Assembly: GCA_017988045.1 (NCBI GenBank)
Contig: JAGNSM010000001.1
Coordinates: forward strand, 1-54,856
DNA: 54,856 nt
Direction of reading: 5' to 3'
From: Fusobacteriaceae bacterium
Lineage (GTDB): Bacteria > Fusobacteriota > Fusobacteriia > Fusobacteriales > Fusobacteriaceae
Position numbers and translations under genes: made by a program. The notes under the pieces are model-generated. The model did not search any database. It was not told the origin of the DNA and saw only the letters and a list, made by a program, of their open reading frames with translations. This document shows, piece after piece, positions 1 to 7,990 of this stretch (its first letter is position 1; each line of letters begins with the position of its first letter).

Positions 1-256
1 CATCTATATTATGACTAATTAACAGCTCTCCATTTGGACCATGAACTCTTGCTCCATTACACGATATAGAATAAGTTTCTGGTAATTTTAGCTCTTTTTT
101 CAAATCAAATAAGTCTAAAAAATGTCTTCCAGTAGCCAAAAAAAACGGCACTCCTTTTTCATTTAGCTTTTCTATAACTTTCTTTGTGTATTCTGAAAGA
201 AGATGATTTTCATTTAATAAAGTTCCATCTAAATCGCTTATTACCAATTTATACAT
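1..256 (-). CDS. Cof-type HAD-IIB family hydrolase, N-terminal part only (gene runs off the window start)
   Basis: Manual minus-strand translation from ATG at 256: MYKLVISDLDGTLLNENHLLSEYTKKVIEKLNEKGVPFFLATGRHFLDL... The DxDGTLL motif I and the ATGR motif are typical of Cof/YidA-like sugar phosphatases. Not in the ORF track because it is truncated. Confidence 0.7.
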   Translation of the reverse strand, partial: MYKLVISDLDGTLLNENHLLSEYTKKVIEKLNEKGVPFFLATGRHFLDLFDLKKELKLPETYSISCNGARVHGPNGELLISHNID

Positions 257-396
257 TGTGTCCTCCTAAAATATTTTTTCTTCTAATTTTTTTCTCTTTA
301 ACTAAAATTATCTTATCATTTTTCTTGTTTTGTTGCAATTTTTTTCTTGTTTTTTCTTATTTATGTGATAAAATTATATAAATTAGGAGGTATTCC

Positions 397-1161
397 ATGT
401 TTAGTAAAGAAAGAATTAATGAATTATTTTTAGAAATACAAAAAAAAGGCGAAGTTTTTGTTAAAGAATTAAGCATTAAATTTGATATATCAGAAGATAG
501 TATCAGAAAAGACTTAAAATTTTTAGAAAAAGAAGGGTTGATTCTTAGAACTTATGGAGGAGCTAAGCTTAAAAGAAATTATAGTTATTACAAAAGCTTA
601 GGCTCTAGAATTGATGAAAACATTCCACAGAAAGAAATTATTGCAGAAAAATCATTCTCTATAATTAATGATGGCGATTCAATTTTTTTAGATACATCCA
701 CTATAAATATTTTACTTGCAGAACTTATAAGTAGAAGTTCTAAAAAACTAGTAATAATTACAAATATGATAGATATTTTTAATTTATTTGAAAATAGTAA
801 AAACTCTTCCCAACTAATAGGAATTGGTGGGATTTATCGACCTGAGCAACATGGTTTTACTGGTAGTAAAACTATTGAAGAAATCAAAAAATATAATGTG
901 GATAAATCATTCGTAGGTACAGGAGGAATAAATGTTTATACAGGAAATATTTCCACTTTGACTACAGATGATGGTCTCACTAAAAGTGCTATAATAGACA
1001 TTTCAAACGAAACTTACATCATTACAGAAAATATCAAATTACAAAAAGATTCTTTTTTTAATTTTAGCAATCTTTCTAAGGTTAAAGGCTGTATATTCAA
1101 TACTTTAGAAGATGAAATCATTTTAGAAAAGCTCAAAAATTACGATTTAATAATAATGTAA
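397..1161 (+). CDS. DeoR/GlpR family transcriptional regulator
   Basis: 254 aa. N-terminal DeoR-type HTH (VKELSIKFDISEDSIRKDLKFLEKEGLILRTYGGA) plus a C-terminal sugar-phosphate sensor-like domain. RBS AGGAGG lies upstream of the ATG. Confidence 0.85.
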   Translation: MFSKERINELFLEIQKKGEVFVKELSIKFDISEDSIRKDLKFLEKEGLILRTYGGAKLKRNYSYYKSLGSRIDENIPQKEIIAEKSFSIINDGDSIFLDTSTINILLAELISRSSKKLVIITNMIDIFNLFENSKNSSQLIGIGGIYRPEQHGFTGSKTIEEIKKYNVDKSFVGTGGINVYTGNISTLTTDDGLTKSAIIDISNETYIITENIKLQKDSFFNFSNLSKVKGCIFNTLEDEIILEKLKNYDLIIM

Positions 1162-1192
1162 AAAGAGACTAAGAATCATCTAGTCTCTTTTT
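1161..1192. terminator. Bidirectional rho-independent terminator between the convergent deoR-like and pilT genes
   Basis: Stem AGAGACTA (1164-1171) pairs with TAGTCTCT (1181-1188). An A-run lies on one side and a T-run on the other. Confidence 0.6.
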
Positions 1193-1205
1193 GTATAAAT
1201 TTTAA

Positions 1206-2315
1206 TTATATAAACCTTCCATTACCGTTAGCATTTTCTCCAAATTTTATCATATTTTGCATAAATTTATCTTTCAAATCATTTTTATCAACAGCTTTTA
1301 ATAAAGCTTCTTGAGGTGCTACAGTACCTTCTTTTACTAATTTTAGTAATGAGTCATTCAGAAGTACCATTCCATCTTTAGAACCCATTTGCATAGTCGA
1401 TTGTATTTGATGCGTTTTCCCATCTCTTATTTGAGAAGATAAAGCCTGATTTCCAACAAGTATTTCTAAAGCGGCAACTCTACCTGTTCCATCTGCTTTT
1501 TTCAGTAAAGTTTGTGCCACAACCCCTTTTAATGAATTAGAAAGCATTTGTCTTATCTGTGCTTGTTTAGTATCTGGGAATTGTTGAATCATTCTTTCTA
1601 CTGTGGAAGCTGCTGTTGAAGTATGTAAAGTTCCTAGTACTAAATGTCCCGTTTCTGCTGTTTCAATGGCTATTTCTATAGTTTCTAAATCTCTTAGTTC
1701 TCCAACTAAAACTATATCGGGATCTTCCCTAAGTGCTGCTCTCAAGGCACTTTTAAATCCAGTTGTATGAGATTTAATCTCTCTTTGATTGATTAAGCAA
1801 CTTTTATTTTTATGAACAAACTCAATTGGATCTTCAATAGTAATTATATGCTCACTTCTCGTTCTATTTATGTAGTCAACTATTGCTGCCAGTGTAGTTG
1901 ATTTTCCTGACCCTGTTGGTCCTGTTACAACTACCAATCCTTTAGTTAACATACACATTTCAGAAATTGACTGAGGCAAATTCAAATCTTCTACCGTAAT
2001 TATCTTCTCAGGAATTAGTCTAAATACTCCACCTATTCCCTTCATATCTTTGAATATATTTGCTCTAAATCTTCCAAATCCCGATAAATCATAACAAAAA
2101 TCTGTGTCGTGACATTTTTCAAATTCATCTCTATTAAACTCTGGCATAATTTCATATAAAATCTCTTTAGCCATTTCTTTTGTAATAACTTTTTCATCTT
2201 CTATTTTTTTTATATCACCATGAATTCTCCAAATAGGAGTATTTCCCGAGTTAAAGTGCAAATCTGATGCACCCATTTCTGTCATTAATATTAAATACTT
2301 ATCAATTAAAGCCAT
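1206..2315 (-). CDS. pilT: PilT/PilU family type IV pilus retraction-type ATPase
   Basis: 369 aa. Walker A GPTGSGKST, Walker B region DPDIVLVGELRD, His box GHLVLGTLHT. Overall collinear with PilT. RBS GGGGA. Confidence 0.85.
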   Translation of the reverse strand: MALIDKYLILMTEMGASDLHFNSGNTPIWRIHGDIKKIEDEKVITKEMAKEILYEIMPEFNRDEFEKCHDTDFCYDLSGFGRFRANIFKDMKGIGGVFRLIPEKIITVEDLNLPQSISEMCMLTKGLVVVTGPTGSGKSTTLAAIVDYINRTRSEHIITIEDPIEFVHKNKSCLINQREIKSHTTGFKSALRAALREDPDIVLVGELRDLETIEIAIETAETGHLVLGTLHTSTAASTVERMIQQFPDTKQAQIRQMLSNSLKGVVAQTLLKKADGTGRVAALEILVGNQALSSQIRDGKTHQIQSTMQMGSKDGMVLLNDSLLKLVKEGTVAPQEALLKAVDKNDLKDKFMQNMIKFGENANGNGRFI

Positions 2316-2350
2316 TCATTTCCCCTTTTTCACAAATTAAGATTTTTTTA

Positions 2351-2379
2351 ATTTTATCATAGTAAAAAAAAGTCGTCAA
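2351..2379 (-). promoter_or_regulatory. Putative sigma-70 promoter for pilT
   Basis: On the minus strand: TTGACG (2374-2379), 17-nt spacer, TAAAAT (2351-2356) preceded by TGA (extended -10). Lies about 35 nt upstream of the pilT ATG. Confidence 0.45.
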
Positions 2380-2419
2380 CACCTTAATTTATTTTATTTT
2401 TTTGTAAAAATTTACTTTT

Positions 2420-3958
2420 TTATAAATTTAATTTATTATTAAAAAAATCATTAATTATATTTTGAACTTTTTCATCATAGTTATCAATTTGTCTCTGTAT
2501 TAAATCAACTATATAATTCATTTTATTTTTATCATATTCATAAATTATCGGAACTTCTTTTAGTGGTGTAGAATATAATTCTAGATATTCACCCTTATAT
2601 TTCCCATTAATTTTGAACCATCTTAAAAATAAATCTGAATTTAAATATCCTAATATATAATAGATATTTAATGATGTATCTTTTGAACTTATATAATAAA
2701 CATCTGCTGAAGCATAGAATTCTTCTGTAACTAAAGCAAAAGAATTTCTTGTATTCCTTTGTCTAGAAACAATTTTAGGTTCTATAAAAATCTTTTTATC
2801 TCTTGACCATTGAAGTTGCCACCACTTAATAGTTCCTTTTTTCACTTCTCTTCTACCCTCCAATTTTTCTCTAAAACTCTCTAGGTACTCAATTATATTA
2901 TCATTTGGCTTTTCTTTGTTGTCCAAATACAAAATATATTTTTGTGAATTATCAACTCTATATTTATGAATATCTTTATTCTTATAAAATTCTTTTAAGT
3001 AATTCCCAAATTCTTCTTTATATTCATCAAATACAAAGGCCTTGTCACATCCACTTACAATCCCTTGATTAATATTAAATTTTTCGCCTAATAAAAACTG
3101 TGCTTTCTTTTTTAATTTTTCACAAAATTCATAATCATCTTGATTCATCAATGATATTTTATTGTTACTGTCAAAAATTTTATTATTTTTAACTTTAATT
3201 TTTTCTTCATTAATCACTAAATCAAACTCGTTAATTTTATCTTTTGTCAATGTAAAAATCATATTATGTTGACCTAATGCATCTTTAAAAACACTTTTAT
3301 TTATATTATTAATATAATAGAAATAAGTGTTCTCTTTTATAGCTTCTCTCAGCTTATTTGCCCCATCTGCTCTTAACCAGTAATTTGTTGTTATGTATGA
3401 AAGAACTCCATCTTTTTTTAATAGCTCTATTCCTTTTTCAATAAAAAAATAAAGATAATCCATTTTTCCTTCATAATATTTTTGACCAAATTCTGTAAGA
3501 CGTATTTTTTCAAAAATTTCCCTATTATTTTTTTCCCCTAAATATGGTGGATTTCCTATTATTAAATTATAGGACTTTGAATTTGGTATCATTAAACTGT
3601 CTTCATTAAAAATATTTATGTCACCGGAAATCCCATATTTATCAAATATTTCTTTCGCTCTATTCCTAAGCTCCTCTAATGCTTTACTATCTAAGTCGTA
3701 TCCTTCTATCCATTTCTTTTTATAATCATATTTCCCATGATATATTTTATGGATTCTAATTAGACTTTCTAATAAAACTATCAATAAATTTCCATTTCCA
3801 CAGCATAAATCTACTGCTCTTATTGACTCCAATTTTCTTTTTTTATTCCCCTTAAAATAAAGAGATAGGGCTTTTGCCACTATCTCTCTAGATACTTTTA
3901 AAGGAGTATATACCTTATAATTAGTTTTACTTTTATTTAGTAATTTATCTAAACTCAT
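2420..3958 (-). CDS. Solitary gamma-class N6-adenine DNA methyltransferase (Eco57I-type catalytic domain with TaqI-like C-terminal specificity region)
   Basis: 512 aa. SAM-binding motif I is VDLCCGNGNLL. Catalytic motif IV is IIGNPPYL (NPPY encoded at 3542-3553). The long C-terminal half has no nuclease motifs that I can see. The ATG overlaps the murJ stop by 14 nt. Confidence 0.8.
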   Translation of the reverse strand: MSLDKLLNKSKTNYKVYTPLKVSREIVAKALSLYFKGNKKRKLESIRAVDLCCGNGNLLIVLLESLIRIHKIYHGKYDYKKKWIEGYDLDSKALEELRNRAKEIFDKYGISGDINIFNEDSLMIPNSKSYNLIIGNPPYLGEKNNREIFEKIRLTEFGQKYYEGKMDYLYFFIEKGIELLKKDGVLSYITTNYWLRADGANKLREAIKENTYFYYINNINKSVFKDALGQHNMIFTLTKDKINEFDLVINEEKIKVKNNKIFDSNNKISLMNQDDYEFCEKLKKKAQFLLGEKFNINQGIVSGCDKAFVFDEYKEEFGNYLKEFYKNKDIHKYRVDNSQKYILYLDNKEKPNDNIIEYLESFREKLEGRREVKKGTIKWWQLQWSRDKKIFIEPKIVSRQRNTRNSFALVTEEFYASADVYYISSKDTSLNIYYILGYLNSDLFLRWFKINGKYKGEYLELYSTPLKEVPIIYEYDKNKMNYIVDLIQRQIDNYDEKVQNIINDFFNNKLNL

Positions 3959-5408
3959 TTAATCCACCTTTTATTAGAGGTACTGCCCATAAGGCAATAT
4001 ATACTAAAGCAAAAACGCCTATTCTTACAAATGAATTCGCAAATAAAAGTCCTACTCCAGCTGCTATAAGACTTGTTATTAGTGTTTTTAATATATAACC
4101 TATAACCTCTTTATTATTGAATTTCACATATTTTTTCTGTGCTGTTATATATAATTGTAAAAAATTTATTCCTAATGTTATACTACTAGCTAATGCAAGA
4201 CCCTTGTGCTTCATAGAATGCATCAATAATACATTAATCAAAATATTAATTCCGATTGAAATAAGTGAAAATTTTACTGGATCTTTTGTATTTTTATTTG
4301 AATAAAAAATTCTAGTCAAAATTTGCATACCATTATTAAAATAAAGTCCTATAGAATAAAAAAATAAACATTCTGCTGTAACTTTTACTGCACTTGCATC
4401 AAATTTTCCATAACCATATACTACTTTAACTATATCGTTTGCAAAAATTGTAAATGCTATTGTTGATGGAATTACCAATAAAGCTACTAATTTTAATCCC
4501 CCATTAACAGATTTTGTCACTGATTCTATGTCTCCTTTGGCTGTTGCCTTTGACATAGTAGGGAAAATTATTGTTGAAATTGTCGTCCCAAAAACTCCTA
4601 AAGGTAGTAGATATAAATTATTGGCATAAGATAATGCTGTTAATCCCCCAGCTGGTAAAAATGAACTAAACATTTGTCCAACAATAACATTTATTTGCCA
4701 TCCAAAGACTCCTAACAGCATAGGTAGAAGCATTACAAATATTTCCTTCAAATAAGGATCATGCCTTTCTATTACAAAACTATATTTTCCAAAAGTCTTA
4801 AAAAATGATGGTAGTACAACTAACAATTGTAATAATCCTCCAATAGTAACTGCCCAAGCCACTGGATATATTCCAAATTTATCTTTATAAACAACTGCTG
4901 CAAATATCATTGCAAAGTTGAAATATAAAGAAGTACTCGCAGGTATTATAAATTGTTTGAAGTTATTAAGCACACTTCCAATCATTCCTGACATACCAAT
5001 AAACAGTATATAAATGGCCATTATTCTTAATAGTTCTCCAGACAGGATATTTGTCTTATTATCAAAACCTTTAGCAATAGCTGTCATTATTTGATTTGAA
5101 AAAATAATTGTTATTATTGTTAAGATTATCAAAAATAAGCAAAGAAGATTTAGAACAGAAAATATTAGCTTTCTTGCTTCTTCTTTTCCTAGTTCTTTTT
5201 CTTTTTTATTATAAATAGGAATAAAAGTATTTCCTAAAGCTCCTTCTCCTAATAATTGTCTAAATAGATTAGCTATTCTAAAAGATGAATTAAACGCATC
5301 ATTTTGATACGAAGCACCAAAATACTTAGCACTTACTGTATTTCTTACAAGTCCCATAATTCTACTAAGCATTGTTATTATTGCTAAAAATATACCACTT
5401 TTAAACAT
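3945..5408 (-). CDS. murJ: Lipid II flippase MurJ (MviN)
   Basis: About 487 aa polytopic membrane protein. N-terminus FKSGIFLAIITMLSRIMGLVRNTVSAKYFGAS is typical of MurJ. The ORF track starts at TTG 5414. ATG 5408 has the better-spaced RBS (AGAGGA) and overlaps the scpA stop (ATGTTTAA). Confidence 0.85.
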   Translation of the reverse strand: MFKSGIFLAIITMLSRIMGLVRNTVSAKYFGASYQNDAFNSSFRIANLFRQLLGEGALGNTFIPIYNKKEKELGKEEARKLIFSVLNLLCLFLIILTIITIIFSNQIMTAIAKGFDNKTNILSGELLRIMAIYILFIGMSGMIGSVLNNFKQFIIPASTSLYFNFAMIFAAVVYKDKFGIYPVAWAVTIGGLLQLLVVLPSFFKTFGKYSFVIERHDPYLKEIFVMLLPMLLGVFGWQINVIVGQMFSSFLPAGGLTALSYANNLYLLPLGVFGTTISTIIFPTMSKATAKGDIESVTKSVNGGLKLVALLVIPSTIAFTIFANDIVKVVYGYGKFDASAVKVTAECLFFYSIGLYFNNGMQILTRIFYSNKNTKDPVKFSLISIGINILINVLLMHSMKHKGLALASSITLGINFLQLYITAQKKYVKFNNKEVIGYILKTLITSLIAAGVGLLFANSFVRIGVFALVYIALWAVPLIKGGLNEFR

Positions 5409-6132
5409 TTTCAAGTCCTCTTTCTTCTATTCCATATATTAAGCTATCTTCTGCTAATTCTACTATTTTTTCCCTATAAAGCTCTAAAATGGCTAAAAAC
5501 ATATAAACTAAATGTAGTTTACTTTTTGCATTTTCAAAAATGCTCTTATAAGTTATTTCTTTATTATCTTTCAAAGTTTTTTCTATTTCTTTCATTTCAT
5601 CATTCATAGAAAAAACTTCTTCAATGTCAATTTCCATAACTTCTTTATCCTTACTTTCTTTCATTACCTCATAATAAGTTTCAAAAACAGATTTAAGTGA
5701 AAGTTTACTTAAATCTATTTCTCTATAATCATCTAATTTGACTGGTATTCCCTCTCTTTTAAATGATATATTAAGTTCATTTTCCATCCCTTGTAAATCA
5801 TTTGCCAAATATTTTATAACTTTATAATCAATTAGTTTTTGTTCTAAAGATTTTTCTCTCTCTATTTTCTTTTTATAATTAAGAATAGAAAGAGCTTTTA
5901 TCTCTAAAAGCTCGGCTGCCATTACTAAAAACTCAACTTTAATTTGAACATTATTTTCTGTCAAATTAGAGATAAGAATTAAATATTCATCTATAATTTT
6001 TGAAATACTTATTTCATAAATAGACATTTCTTTTGATTCCACCAAATGTAGCAATAATTCTAAAGGGCCTTCAAAATTGTCTAATTTAAAATTTAATTCC
6101 ACTACTTTATCTCCCCCAAATGTCTTCTCCAA
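5401..6132 (-). CDS. scpA: Segregation and condensation protein A (ScpA kleisin)
   Basis: NFEGPLELLLHLVESKEMSIYEISISKIIDEYL is the ScpA N-terminal signature. The start is ambiguous: TTG 6132 (ORF track), or GTG 6102 preceded by GGGGGAG, which would give MELNFKLDNFEGPL. Confidence 0.85.
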   Translation of the reverse strand: MEKTFGGDKVVELNFKLDNFEGPLELLLHLVESKEMSIYEISISKIIDEYLILISNLTENNVQIKVEFLVMAAELLEIKALSILNYKKKIEREKSLEQKLIDYKVIKYLANDLQGMENELNISFKREGIPVKLDDYREIDLSKLSLKSVFETYYEVMKESKDKEVMEIDIEEVFSMNDEMKEIEKTLKDNKEITYKSIFENAKSKLHLVYMFLAILELYREKIVELAEDSLIYGIEERGLENV

Positions 6133-7043
6133 GAAACAACATCATTGTGTATTAGTTCTTTTAGCTCCTCCAAAGAATTACATTTTACTTCAGGTCTAGT
6201 ATATTTTTTTATTTTTACTAAGAGTTCTTTGCCATATATATCTTGATCAAAATCAAGAATATAAACTTCTACCGACAGTTTTGGAAACTCATTAGGTATT
6301 GTCGGATTAAATCCAATATTAAGAAGACCATCTCTTAATTTTGTTTCTCCTTCAATTAAAACTTCTACCCCATAAATACCCCTAGGTGGATATATTTTAT
6401 TGAATATTTTTAAATTAGCCGTTGGAAACCCTAGTGTTCTACCTATTTTTTTACCGTGTTCTACTTCTCCAATGATTATAAGGTCAGTACCAAGATATTC
6501 TCTAGCACTTTCCACATCACCATTTTCAATAAAATCTCTTATATCTGTGCTACTTATTATTTTATCATTATGCTTCACTGGTTCTATAATACTTACTTCT
6601 ATCCCAAATTCTTTTCCCAATTTTTTTAGAAGTTCTGGTGTTCCTAATCTTTTACTACCAAATGTATAATTAAATCCAGCAAATATATATTTTGCATTCA
6701 ACTTATTTTTTAAAATCTCTAAGAAAAATTCGTGTGCGCTCAAATTTTTGAACTCATCTGTAAAGTGAGCAAAAACAACAATATCAACACCTAATTGCTT
6801 TAATAAATGAATCTTTTCTTTATGTGTATTAATTAAAATTGGCTTTGTGACTCCACGAAATACTTTTTGTGGATGCTCACTAAAAGTCAATACCATTGAC
6901 TTTCCACCAGTTTCTTTCGCCTTTTTAACTGCTTCTTTTATCAAAAATTGGTGTCCTTTATGTATTCCATCAAAAGTCCCTAAGGCTAAAGATAGATTCT
7001 TATATTCTTCATGAAGGTTTTCTAAACCATTAACAACTACCAT
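6102..7043 (-). CDS. ribF: Bifunctional riboflavin kinase / FMN adenylyltransferase
   Basis: 313 aa. LALGTFDGIHKGHQ nucleotidyltransferase motif and a C-terminal riboflavin kinase domain (GFPTANL...LSVEVYILDF). Confidence 0.9.
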   Translation of the reverse strand: MVVVNGLENLHEEYKNLSLALGTFDGIHKGHQFLIKEAVKKAKETGGKSMVLTFSEHPQKVFRGVTKPILINTHKEKIHLLKQLGVDIVVFAHFTDEFKNLSAHEFFLEILKNKLNAKYIFAGFNYTFGSKRLGTPELLKKLGKEFGIEVSIIEPVKHNDKIISSTDIRDFIENGDVESAREYLGTDLIIIGEVEHGKKIGRTLGFPTANLKIFNKIYPPRGIYGVEVLIEGETKLRDGLLNIGFNPTIPNEFPKLSVEVYILDFDQDIYGKELLVKIKKYTRPEVKCNSLEELKELIHNDVVSWRRHLGEIK

Positions 7044-7941
7044 TTTTTTCTATCTCCTCTTTTAATTCAGTATAAATTTCTTCTATACGCCTAAATCTAT
7101 TTCTTACTCCAGATTTACTTAATCCTATTACTTCTGCCAACTCACTTAAAGAACTTTCAGGGTTATTAAGTCTAACGACAGCCATATCACGGAGAACATC
7201 TGCCAAATAATGAAGGCCTATATTTTTTTCTATATATTCAATCATTGCTAACTGTTTATCTGCAGTATTAAGAGTTTTAGTTTCATTGGCAACTTCCCAA
7301 TTAATTTCCCTAATAGTCTTATTTTTCATGTCTTTCATCATTGTTACTTCTTCGTAAGAAAAAAAGCTTTGAACAGCACCTACCATGACTAAAACATCCA
7401 TTATATCCTCAGAATTTCTTAAATAAACAAGTTTTTTGTTTCTTTTTTCTGTAATAAAAACTCTTTTTTCAAGTTTTGCTAAAACTTCAAAAACTTTGTA
7501 TGCTATATCTTCTGCATCTAAAAAGAAATCAAGAGCATATTCTTTTTGAGGATCTTTTATATAACCTGTAGCCAAAAAAAGTCCTCTTACAAAACCTATT
7601 ATAGCATCATCTGACATTTCTTCAAATGAAATTTCATCTAAACTTTTCATTTTGTTGGAAAATTCTCTAAATCCTTTTTGAATTGGTACTTCTATAATAT
7701 AGATTCTATGTTCTCCAAATCTCTTACTTATAGAATATTTAATTGCTATTTGCAAATTAAGCTCTTTAAGATATTTATATACTCTATTAGCCAAATCTAA
7801 ACTTTCCAGTTTCAACTCTATTTTATTTTTTTCAATAGCTAATTTTCCTTTTAAGATGGCATATATTTCCCAAAAATGTTCATCACTAGATTCAATTTCT
7901 TTTAAAAGTATTTCTCTTTTAACATCTAAAGTATATGACAT
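7030..7941 (-). CDS. whiA: DNA-binding protein WhiA
   Basis: 303 aa. LAGLIDADG-like core (GFVRGLFLATGYI) and a C-terminal HTH (LSELAEVIGLSKSGVRNRFRRIEEI). RBS AGGAGG. Confidence 0.85.
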   Translation of the reverse strand: MSYTLDVKREILLKEIESSDEHFWEIYAILKGKLAIEKNKIELKLESLDLANRVYKYLKELNLQIAIKYSISKRFGEHRIYIIEVPIQKGFREFSNKMKSLDEISFEEMSDDAIIGFVRGLFLATGYIKDPQKEYALDFFLDAEDIAYKVFEVLAKLEKRVFITEKRNKKLVYLRNSEDIMDVLVMVGAVQSFFSYEEVTMMKDMKNKTIREINWEVANETKTLNTADKQLAMIEYIEKNIGLHYLADVLRDMAVVRLNNPESSLSELAEVIGLSKSGVRNRFRRIEEIYTELKEEIEKNGSC

Positions 7942-7959
7942 CTATCCTCCTACATTAAA

Positions 7960-7983
7960 TTAGAAGCTTTTTACAGCTTCTAA
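7960..7983 (-). terminator. Stem-loop between polA and whiA (weak terminator or processing site)
   Basis: 9-bp stem TTAGAAGCT / AGCTTCTAA with a 6-nt loop. Only a short T-run follows on the minus strand. Confidence 0.35.
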
Positions 7984-7990
7984 TCTTGTT

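Noticed and set aside
184-381. 65-aa plus-strand ORF
   Set aside because: It overlaps the 5' end of the HAD hydrolase gene on the opposite strand and the deoR promoter region. The translation is F/L-rich and low-complexity.
7030-7941. whiA lies 40 kb from yvcK, not in the yvcJ-yvcK-whiA operon typical of Firmicutes
   Set aside because: This is only a synteny difference. Both genes look intact, and no functional implication can be drawn from the sequence.
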